DNA from: Azolla caroliniana
Taxonomy: Eukaryota > Plantae > Polypodiophyta
Assembly (NCBI GenBank): GCA_043228905.1
Contig: JBHGNT010000003.1
Location: 5,394,001 to 5,458,000, forward strand
Direction of reading: 5' to 3'
Length of the DNA: 64,000 nucleotides
The notes beneath the pieces were generated by a model. That model saw nothing but the letters and a program-made list of their open reading frames with translations. It had not been told where the DNA came from and made no database searches. The position numbers and the translations under genes were made by a program. Shown one piece after another: positions 41,701 to 52,628 of the stretch. Every line of letters starts with the position of its first letter. Position 1 is the stretch's first letter.

Positions 41701-44261
41701 AGCTCCAAGTCGACCGGTGAGAATCAACTCTACGAGGAGCAGTCCCGACCGGCAAGGGACCGGTTAGCACTCGAGGATCCGGCCGAAGACGGTGAAGAAA
41801 CAGAACCGGCCGAAGAAGATGAAAATGATACCGGAACCGGCCCCGATCCCGAAATGGATTCGGACGAAGAAGAATCGGAAGAACCGGTTACCGAAGCTCC
41901 GGAACGGAGATATCCTCTAAGAGAGAGAAGGCCCCCCCGGAGATTTCCAGAACCTGAGCACGTGCTGCTAACCGACGAGGGGGAGCCGGAGAGCTTTGAA
42001 GAAGCAAAGAATGACACCCATAGCCGCAGGTGGTTAAGTGCCATGCAGGAGGAGATGGATTCCCTGCATGAGAACCACACATATGAACTTGTGGAGTTGC
42101 CGAAAGGAAAGCGGGCACTTCGAAACAAGTGGGTGTTCAAGCTGAAACCGGGAGATGCCGGAAACCCCCCGAGATACAAAGCCAGGATCGTGGTGAAGGG
42201 GTTTCAGCAGAAGAAGGGCGTCGACTTCGACGAGATATTTGCCCCGGTAGTGAAGATGACCTCCATCCGGACGGTGCTGAGCATAGCAGCAAGCATGGAC
42301 CTCGAGGTAGAACAGATGGACGTGAAGACGGCATTCCTTCACGGTGACCTCGAAGAAGAGATGTACATGCAGCAACCGGAAGGATTCGAGAAGAAAGGGA
42401 AGGAGCACCTGGTATGCCGGTTGAAGAAGAGCCTTTACGAACTGAAGCAGGCTCCCCGGCAATGGTACCGGAAGTTCGACTCTTTCATGACCGACGAAGG
42501 GTACCTCAAAACGCAGTCCGACCACTGCGTGTTTGTGAAGAAGTTCGAAGGAGGAGACTTTCTAATACTCCTCCTGTACGTGGACGACATGTTGATCGTC
42601 GGACGAGACCAGGTTAAGATACGGATGCTGAAGAAGGCTCTTCACCGAACCTTCTCAATGAAGGACCTGGGTCCGGCGAGGCAAATACTAGGGATGCACA
42701 TCATCCGAGACCGGAAGAAGAAGTAGTTGTGGCTGTCACAGGAGAAGTACGTAACAAAGGTGCTTCACCGGTTCAACATGTCGGAAGCAAGACCGGTCGG
42801 ATCAACTCTCGCGGCAAACTGCAAGTTGTCCAGCAAGCAAAGCCCCAAGACAAAGGCTGAGAAAGAGGACATGATGAAGGTACCATATGCCTCTGCCATC
42901 GGAAGCTTGATGTACGCAATGGTGTGTACAAGACCGGACATAGGATACGCAGTCGGAGTGGTGAGCCGGTACATGAGCAATCCCGGCAAAGAACACTGGA
43001 ACGCGGTCAAGTGGATACTTCGATATCTGAAGGGCACGGCAAACGTGTGCCTCCGATTCGGCTCTGGTAAGCCCGAACTCGACGGCTTTACCGATTCGGA
43101 TATGTCGGCTGATGCAGATACCAGCCGGTCCACATCAGGGTATGTGATGACGTATGCAGGGGGAGCTGTTTCGTGGCAGTCGAGGCTGCAGAAGACGGTT
43201 GCGTTGTCAACCACAGAGGCGGAGTACATGGCGGCTGTTGAAGCCGGCAAGGAAATAATATGGATGAAGGACTTCATTAGAGAGCTCGGTATCCGGCAGG
43301 AGGAGTATCGACTCTACTGCGATAGTCAGAGTGCCATCCACCTTGCAAAGAACGCGGCCTACCATTCCCGGACGAAACACATCCAGCGTAGATACCACTG
43401 GATCCGGGAAAGGATAGAAGACAAGGAGTTCGTGCTGACGAAGATCCACACGGACGACAACGGGTCGGATATGCTGACCAAGGTGCTCACACCCAACAAG
43501 CTGGAAGCATGCCGGAAGAGGATTGGTTTGGAGAGACATCCCATGCCGAAGTGAAGGGGGAGTTTGTTGGGATTTCGGTCCCTCCGAATGGGATGTCCGG
43601 AGATGAATGACGGCAAGCCCGGTTGCGGTTACGGAACCGAATGATGAAGAGTACCCGGCATGAAGCCGGATGAAAAGACCCCGACTACGGAACCGGATGA
43701 TGAAGAGTACCCGGCGTGAAGCCGGATGAAGAGACCCCGACTACGGAGCCGGATGCTGAAGACCCCGGTTACGGAGCCGGATGACGAATGTACCCGGAGA
43801 AAGATCCGGATGCGGGGACATATTTGTGAATATGTTTGCCAAGAGCCCTTGAGGCTATATTTGTAAATAGCCCGAAAGTCATATGTGTATAAATATGACT
43901 TAGGGCAAACAGTTCGTTGTTGTTGCTCATTTTTATGTTTTCAGTCGAGAGAGAGCAAAGTGAGAGCAGCCGAGAGAGAGAGAGAGAGGAAGGAAAAGGT
44001 CGACGCCTCTGTGTAATACCGCCGCCTGTGGCGAAGGCAGTGAGCTCAAGGTTGTTGCCTTGTAGCTTCACCATTGTACATCTCTGAGTATAGTGATAGT
44101 TGGAGTTTGAGGACTCCCGTGGTTTTTCCCATTTAGGGTTTTCCACGTAAAACATCCTGTGTACTCTTCTCTCTATTGTCTTCGTGCATTTCGTGTATTT
44201 CCCGTTTTCTGTGAGGTAATCCTATTGCTCGGTTGTGGCCGAGCGCTGTTTTTGACCTTCA
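38751..44261 (+). mobile_element. Ty1/Copia element E (sister subfamily of D), inserted in solo LTR F
   Basis: LTRs at 38751-39449 and 43565-44261; TSD ACTAT; PBS at 39453; gag-pol 39481-43554 with TAG stops at 41167 and 42724. Confidence 0.97.
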
Positions 44262-46085
44262 ACTATTTACAAATATGGCCTCAATAGGCTTACCCTAACA
44301 TATTTACAAATATGTCCTTGGATCCGATTCACACCGGACCCATCCGGATTCACTGGTTCCGGTTTCCGGATCTCATCCGGATCCCTCCTGGATCGAGTTT
44401 CTTTATCTGGTTTTTCCGATCCAATCCTCCTAATACTCATCCGGATCCCATCCGGAGGGACCGAAATCGCAACAAGGCAGCCAACACATGGCACGCCTGT
44501 GGACAATGCTAGCACGTCAGACCCACTTTTTCCCTCTATTCATCGTTGAAAATATTGAGGATATTTAGTTCGTGGCGGTCGCTCATGTCGGTCACGACGG
44601 GGTTTGTCGTGGCGTTGATTGGCTCGGGCACTCCGAGCTCCTGTAGTGCACCTGGTTCCGTAGGTTCAGGGAGGTGTTCAAGTTCCGTTGATTCTGACAC
44701 TACTTCTTGGGTTTGTGATTGTGGTGGTTCGTCCGTGGAAACATTAGTGGCGCCTGTTGCTTGTGCTAGACCTCGACCAAAGATTCCAGTAGTGGTTCCT
44801 CCCGTGTTGCTTCCTCGGTCGTGACTTCTGGTGTGTGTAGGGGATCACGTCGTGTGGGCTCCGGTGGTTGCGATGCCATGGTAACCTCCGGTATTTCGTC
44901 GTCTATTCGCGTAGGATCGTCAATCGTACGCTCCCTAGAGTTGTTGTCTGGAAGTACGATTGCCGCCGCTCTTTTCTCATCTTCAACCTTTCACTGTTTG
45001 GCTTTGACGGCTTGGAGTTGGAGAGAGGCGTCGATTTGGCTACCGCTAAACGCCTCCATTAGCTACGTGATTTCTTCGGAATGACGTTCTACCAAGGTTT
45101 GTTAGTCTTGCGTAAGGTCTTCATGGATTGTGGCAATGCTTTCCTCGTTCAGCTTGTAGAAGCCCTTTCCCTCCTTCTAGCAGTTCTCCTAATCGGCCCG
45201 ATAGGCGTGGAGCTTAGCCGCCTTTGTTGCCCATCCGTCCCATCCTTTGTTTAGTGTGGCTTGTAGTTGGGTGGTGAATCATTGTTGCTTTGTTTGGAGG
45301 AGGATACGAATGCACTCCATGCTCATTTGTGTACGTGCATGTGAATTCTCGAGACATTTCTTGAGGTTGGTGATCTTCCATTTGTTGGCAATCGTAGTTT
45401 CTTCATACTGAGCTTTCATCCCTTCCCATATTTGTGACTCCTTCTCATGGAGTTCTTCCATCCAGCCAATTTCCCTAGTCAAGCGGGTTTCAATGTCTTG
45501 AGTGACTTGACGTTCGTTTTTGAGGTGATCATCGTACCACGCCCGCCTCTTCTTTGTTGCCTCGGGTAACGATGTGATGATTCCGTCTTTCTTTTCTACC
45601 TCCTCCTTTTGCTTGTTGAGTTCAACGGATGTTTGTTTGTGCGCAACGATCTCGACATTCAACTTTTCTTGAAGTGTTTTGATGGCCTTGCGCCCTTTTG
45701 CCGAATATTAGTTTCTCTGTCCAATGATTGCCGAAGTTTGAACCAGAACCGTTCGATTTGCATTTCGGCCCTCTTTGTGGTCCATTTTTCTTTGTCCGCG
45801 ATCGCCGTTTAGGCTTCGACCTCCTACCGTAGTGTCTAGAGTATCAGTGTATGGGAGGAGGAGATGGGAGTTGGCTCTGCCTGTTCTTGTGTGCCGCGCT
45901 CTAGCTCTGTGATCCTTTGTCGCACATTCTCCACTTGTTGCTACATTAGTTTTATAGTTTTCCATTGATTTTTATTTTCCTTCGCCATATCTTTGGCGCT
46001 GATGGTGACCAAGCGAGCTCCATGTGTACTTTGACCAATGCCGCATTTAGGTGGGGAGCTCAATGCCGACCCTTCTGACACCCGT

Positions 46086-49000
46086 TGTCGCGATATTCCG
46101 CGAGTACGTGTAGGATCTGAGGCGGGACCATGGGGGTCCTTGACTAGGGAGTAGAGGAGAAGGAATAAGACACAAAATGGTACCTTCGCTCAAGAGGAGA
46201 AGAGGAAGAGTACCACATTAACATAGAATAGACGAAGGCAAGATGCCTCAACAAGACAAGATACACAAGCAAGTTATATTATGAATCTGCAAACAAATAC
46301 ATCCATGGCGGCATAGGCCAAAACCCAACGGCTACAAGAAACCCTAACCTCTTAAGTAAAGAAGAAGATGAAGAAACCCTAGAAGAAACCCTGAACCGAA
46401 TAGAGACGCTCGACCTAAGTGGTATACCTCTCTCACTCAAAATAGGCAACCCCTTACAAGAGACCCCTCCCTTCCTTTTATAGTCCAAGGAGGAAGAGAC
46501 GTTACAATGTGGGATAAATTCTCCCGTTTATTGTATACACCATTTTCCTACTATACATGTGCACATGTTGCACACCACCGACTTGCCTATTCCACCTCGA
46601 TTTCACACTATAGCCGGAAATCTTCACGACATCCACCCCCACCAAACCGCACATCCACCGGTATGTGCCAAGAAAGGAGAAGGGTGAGATATTTCGGCGA
46701 CGGTGATCAACTTGGTCCTCCGCCTTACCGGCATCCAACCGTCTCGCCGGCTTATCGGACCCGATCCGCCTTGCCGGCCCCGACCCGTCGACTTCCAAAC
46801 CGCGCCTATCCTCCTTCTAGGAACTCACCTCCGCGGCCATCCTTGTTGACCTTGCTCGACTTCGTCTTCCACTTCGAGCATGCCAGTCCCTTCCAAACGA
46901 GCCGCCGTAGCCTCCCAATCCGTCGTACGTCCCTGAACTGCCGGTTCCATCCGACGTTCGCACCTTCCTCCCCGATCGGTCCTCCCGGACCCCGTTGCCG
47001 ATCTGATCACCCCTCCTTCGTCCTCCGCGTATGTCCTCTGATCGGGTCCCCGGTCACTCCGATCGCACGCCGGATTCCGCGTACCGCATACCGCGTCGCG
47101 TGTGTGCCTCCTTCGGTTCGACCGTCTCCTCCTCCCGAATACCTCGTGCCAACTCCTTCCATCCCGCGCTCACCTTCCGTAGGCTCTTTCCGTGTGTCAT
47201 TGTCGTCCCCCAAATGCGCACTCGATCTTCGGTCCTTAGGTGACCCCAGTACGCGTTCCTGCCTTCTCCCTTGCTTGCTGTGCTCTCTCGCGGTAGAGCG
47301 TACCATCATACCGACCTCTATGTCAGTGTCCTTCGCAGCTCTTGTTACTGCTTCACCTCGAATTGCGCCCTCTTGACCTTGCATGTCCTCCGGGACTATG
47401 CGCTTTCTCTTCCCGGCATGTACTCCTCTGTTCTCCGTGCACCATCCTTCTCTCCCGCCGTTCATACGCCGATCACGGCACCTTACTGCTCTGTCTCTCG
47501 CCGTGTGCTTGCCTCTCAAAGGCTTGACCGGTTCGCCGTTGTCGGTCACTCGTTGCCGCTCTTCTGGGTGCATGCTTGCGTCTTGGCCCTTCGCCGGCCG
47601 TAGTGCATGCTCCGTTTTATGCCCTTCACTCGCCGTAGACCTGATCTCCGCATCGGCCTCTTCTCCCTTTGTTGCCGTAGCCCGTTCCGACTCGGGCTTG
47701 CCGTCTTGGCCCCACTCGTCCATTATTTCATACCAGATACTCGCTCCGGTAACCTCATCTGCTCCGCCGCCATCCGCCGTCTCTCCGGTCTTACGTCGAT
47801 TCACAATCGCCGAAGTCTCTAGAATAGGTGTGGAGGGTCCCGCCCGTTTTCGGTTGTCCATGGAACCGTAGTCGTCATGCCCGTTGGCCTCTTTCTCGCA
47901 CTCACCGGCTCCCACCATGTGTTGCGACTCGTCCTCCCCGATCTCCAATCATGCTGGCTTGGTCCTTGCCTGGTTCGGTCCCGACCGATCGTGTTCCGGT
48001 TTGGTCGGCTTTTTTCCATAATTGTAATCGGCCGGTAAGGGTTCGACCGAACACTTCCGGTCTTGCCGACTCTTCTTCGGTTCGGGCCCAGTTGACCGGC
48101 CCCCGCTTCATTCTTTTCCCAGTTCACCGTCCGGTTCCCAACTCTCTCCTTGTTGCCGCTCTTGGGCACCCCCTGCGGTCCTCTTGTATATGCCCATTCC
48201 GGGCCTTGCATCCTCCTCTTCGTTTCGGTCACCCACCTTGCCGCCGCCACCGTTCGTCACTCTAGGTCTCACACCAGCTCTCGGGCCGGACGCCGGAGTC
48301 TCTAGAACCGGTGCGGGTAAGATCCCGGCACCGCTGCTCATTATGTCCGTAGCCACCTCCATCTGGACGTCATTGTTTGTGGTTACCCCATCTCTGATCG
48401 CGGAAGCCTCGATTACGTTTGTTGCCTCCTCTTCCTCGATCTCCTTGCCGTCGTCTTGGTTGCCCGCCTTTCCGCCGCCACCATTCGTCACTCTAGGTCT
48501 CACACCAACACTCGGGCCGGACGCCGGAGTCTCTAGAATCGGTGTAGGTAAGGTCCCGGCACCACCGCTTGTCTCCTCCCCGCCACCATGTCCCGAATCC
48601 TCCGCCCACTCTCGAAGTGGCGCTCCCCGCTTCGTAGTCACCGGCCTTATCCACGACCGTCCCTTTTCTGCAAGACGAGAGGGTTGCTTGCTCTGCACCC
48701 TCTCCCACATCGTCGCCGTTGCATGCTCTTCCGGCCTCCGCATAGGCCCCATCGTCCACGCATAGGGAGGCTTCTTCCTCCGCATCCTCCGATCGTCTCC
48801 GGCCCGACTCCATAATAAGCCCTTCTTCGGCTTCGAACTTCGCCTTCACACTCTCGCACACCTCCCATACCAACGCCTCTAGGTCGTACTCCTCCGGTTG
48901 ATCGCGCGTCGAGCTCTCTTCCGACGGTAGTTCGTAGCCGCTCACCGCCCTCTCTTCTCCGCCGCTCGCGGGCCACGTTGTTGCCGACTGCTCCCCATCA

Positions 49001-49944
49001 GGTTGCCGGCATACCCACTCCGGTTTCGCGTATCCATATGCCTCCAGTAGAGTTCCCTCAAAGGACTCCCACGACTCGTGAGCTTCTTGAAGCTCCTTGA
49101 CCTCTTTGTGCACTGATACGATCGCCACTGGACGAAAATATTCTAGCCGCATCGCTTCGTCCACACCCCTCCTCGTCATCTCAACATTGTACGCTTCAAT
49201 GAACCTCGGGACATCGTCTCCGTTGAATCGACTGACTCGATCAAGCACCCTCTCGACGGCTTGTTGAGCCACATCTTTCCTCACCTTCTTCCGTCGGGCA
49301 TCCATCACAATCTTCGCCATCATCTCCTCAAAGTCGAAGTCTTCGTCTTCCATCTCCGTCCTCCCTTGCCGCCTCTTCACGTCGGGTTCACCAAAGATGT
49401 CGCGATATTCCGCGAGTATGTATAGGATCCGAGGTGGGACCACAAGGGTCTTGGACTGGGAGTAGAGGAGAAGGAATAAGACACAAAATGGAACCTTAGC
49501 TCAAGAGGAGAAGAGGAAGAGTAGCACATTAACATAGAATAGACGGAGGCAAGATTCCTCAACAAGACAAGATACGCAAGCAAGTTATATTATGAATCCG
49601 CAAACAAATACATCCATGGCGGCATAGGCCAAAAACCCAACGGCTACAAGAAACCCTAACCTCCTAAGTAAAGAAGAGGATGAAGAAACCCTAGAAGAAA
49701 CCCTAAACTGAATAGAGACCCCTCGACCTAAGTGGTATACCTCTCTCACTCAAAATAGGCAACCCCTTACAAGAGACCCCTCCCTTCCTTTTATAGCCCA
49801 AGGAGGGAGACACGTTACAATGTGGGATAAATTCTCCCATTTATTCTATACACTGTTTTCCTACTATACATGTGCACATGTTGCACACCACCGACTTGCC
49901 CATTCCACCTTGATTTCACACTATAGCCGGAAATCTTCACGACA
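46086..49944 (-). mobile_element. Non-autonomous gag-only LTR element G of the tRNA-Trp-primed family
   Basis: LTRs at 46086-46631 and 49398-49944; TSD CCGT; PBS-Trp at 49377-49393; PPT next to 46632; gag-like ORF 48493..49443 (RFNGDDVPRFIEAYNVEM, compare B RFSGKDATKYLASYGAEM); no pol motifs; internal repeated PTPILETPASG blocks. Confidence 0.9.
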
Positions 49945-52427
49945 CCGTTGTCGAGGAAATCCTCGTGTGTTCACGAAATGAAGCCGGACCACCAGGGTCC
50001 TGGACTAGAAGGATTCGAAGTTTGTACTAGCTTTAGCGAGAAGTATTTAAGATAGATAGAAAGAGATTGAGAGACGAAGATTTCAATTCTAAGAGGAATT
50101 GAGAGAGAAAGAGAGATTGAACTTAACTTCAATTTTGAGAGACAAGATACATCTCCAATTGGATAACTAAATTATTATTATTATTATAATCTCTTGATTT
50201 AATACATAGCCTGCTTGATATCCTTTCCTTTTTCCTCCACTCTTTTATAGATGCCCCCATGCATATGATGCATGTGAGGGTGCAAGACATGCATGAAATG
50301 CATGTGATGCATGTTTGCCATTGGTCGCTCATGCATTACATGTGATGCATGATAACCATGTCACTCATTCAAGCTCTCATGTATGAGAATTTACATGTGA
50401 AAAGTATAATGATGAAAATACAATTTTAAAAAAATGACTTGGCTTAAGGGTAAGTTTATTGGGTCTTATCTTTGAGGTGCAAGGTTCAAAACCTTACTTG
50501 TACCCCTATGTATGCACAAAATATTACTAGGCTTTAATCTTATATTTACAAATGTTTGAGCACACATTACACCTTCTCGATTTTGTTCGTTCCAAACAAT
50601 TTTCACACCGTTGTCGAAAATCTTCACGACATCCCCCCCCACCAAATTGCACGTCCTCTAGTACGTGCCAAGAAGAGAGAGTGCGAGATTTCGGCTATGG
50701 TGATTATACGATTCCTTCATTTCGAGCATGTCCATTATTTTTTTTATTCGAAGGTTTGTCACCACCCAATCTACCATATCATTCACTCATTCTTTGTTTT
50801 AGCATGACTAGTTGTCATGGTCCCTTGTTCTCTTCTTAAGCATAACCATTTAGGTTTCATGCATGTTCCACCTTTGTTTCAATCATCTTCTTGCTCAAGG
50901 CACTTTGACCCGTCATGCATTTTTGTTTTGTTTCTTCCTCCACAAGTCTTTATCTTAATAATGGCATCGACTACCCCATGTAGTACCTTTAAGTGCAGGT
51001 CCTTATGCAACCATATTTCATGCTTCCCACTTCGTCCATCTTTGTGGTATCTTCTCAAGTTAGAGTTGACCATTGCTTTCTCAATCGTCATGATAGTATC
51101 TTCCTTCACGTTGAATGTTACATCAGTATCTTGAGGAACACCCTTCAAATCTTCTTGGGCCGCTTGGCCCTCGCATTTTTTTTGTTGTGCTTTTCTTGGC
51201 CTCTTCAACACATGTATTAGCTTCAACCCTTGCTTTCTCGCTTCCACTGTCCTTCTCTTGGGTCTTACATTGGTTAATTCCCAGGTCTCTAGAACAACCA
51301 TGGAGGTATCCATACATTTCCATGGCTTGCCTTTTTCGTGCTCCCCTTAGCCCTTTCCATCTTAAAGTTGTTCGAATCAGCATTGACCTTTGCTTTCTTG
51401 CCGCCACCTTCCATCTCTTGGGTCTTACATTGGTTAATGCCCAAGTCTCTAGAACTAGTGCAGGAAAAGGTTCTTCATGGCCATTCACCGTCTTTGCCTT
51501 GACGTCATTCTCCATGGCTATCTCTTCAAACTCATGGGCCTCATACCCATTGACCCTCTTTATCGAGCACGCCTTGATTATGCTTCTCTCCTCGTTGCAT
51601 GTATTAACTTCAACCTTTGGTTCTTCGTCATCACCTTCTCTTGGGTCTCACATTGGTTCTCGGACACAACCACCCAAGTCTTTGGAACAAGTGTGGAGAA
51701 AATTTCGATGTGGTCATTGTTTGTCCTTGTTGTGATGGTCACACCCACCTCCTTGACCTTGTCGTTTGTGGCTTCCTCATCAACTATATAGGCGTCGCAC
51801 CCATTGTTCTCCACAATAGATGTCACGACCACATCCTTTGGATCCACATGGCCCACTTCGCCATTGTCATCCCTTTCTGTCCTTTGCTCGGCCTCTTTGT
51901 TGTGCACACCATCTTGGTCCTTCCCCTTACTACCACCTTCCATTTCTTGGGTCTCATCTTGGATCTCTGCAATTGCCCAAGTCCCCGGAACATGTGTGAA
52001 GGAATCCTCGACGTGGCCATCTGCCATTAATTCGTCCATAGCCACCTCTGACTTGATGTCATTTTTCGTGGCTATCTCTTCAATCTCATGGGCCTTGTAC
52101 CCATTGACCCTCTTGATCGAGCAAGTGTCATGAACATATACCAAAACTCCAAAACTTGTAATAAAGATGCAAACCCATGACGTCGTCAAAGATAATGTAT
52201 AGCTTCAACCACTAGGATACATCATATTACATTTATTAAATTGTAAATTCTTATATTAGATCATGAAGATATATATCTAATAGTGTGAAACGTGGCCACC
52301 GCATAGGGTAACACATGATTACCAAGTGTCATGCTTACATGAATGCCAAGTGGCATGCTTGCATGGATAACAAATGGTGAGCATGCGTGCCTATGAGGTG
52401 GCGATCATGCATGTATCCAAAGCATGC

Positions 52428-52628
52428 TATATAAACATATAGCGAACTATTGATGAACCATTCCGGTTCAACGCCAGTCTTCGGCGTACTCTTGTAACCC
52501 TTGTTCTCATTGCTAATATATGTTCAATATCTTATTTCTCTCTCATTCCTCTCTTATTTTCTATTTCTCATTCTTTTCTTCATGTTAAACTTGTCTTTGG
52601 TTACGGCCCTGACAGTTTGAACCGGAAT
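52428..52628 (+). promoter_or_regulatory. TATA box, predicted transcription start and self-priming PBS of J
   Basis: TATATAAA at 52428; attccggttcaa at 52460-52471 is the exact reverse complement of ttgaaccggaat at 52617-52628, just inside the 5' LTR end. Confidence 0.75.

Larger units (their letters stand above)
20536..44474 (-). mobile_element. Solo LTR F (Tnt1/Tork-like family), split into three pieces (20536-~20715, 38511-38750, 44262-44474) by nested insertions
   Basis: The pieces are reverse-complement homologues of consecutive parts of the D/E LTRs (gctcggccacaacc, tggaaaaccct, gccctaagtcatatttatac, cggagggaccgaaatc-caaca); inferred TSD AGGCG (18780-18784) / AGGCA (44475-44479). Confidence 0.7.

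Noticed and set aside
21925-48976. Many overlapping antisense and alternate-frame ORFs in GC-rich elements
   Set aside because: Shadow ORFs expected from GC-rich retroelement coding sequence and LTRs.
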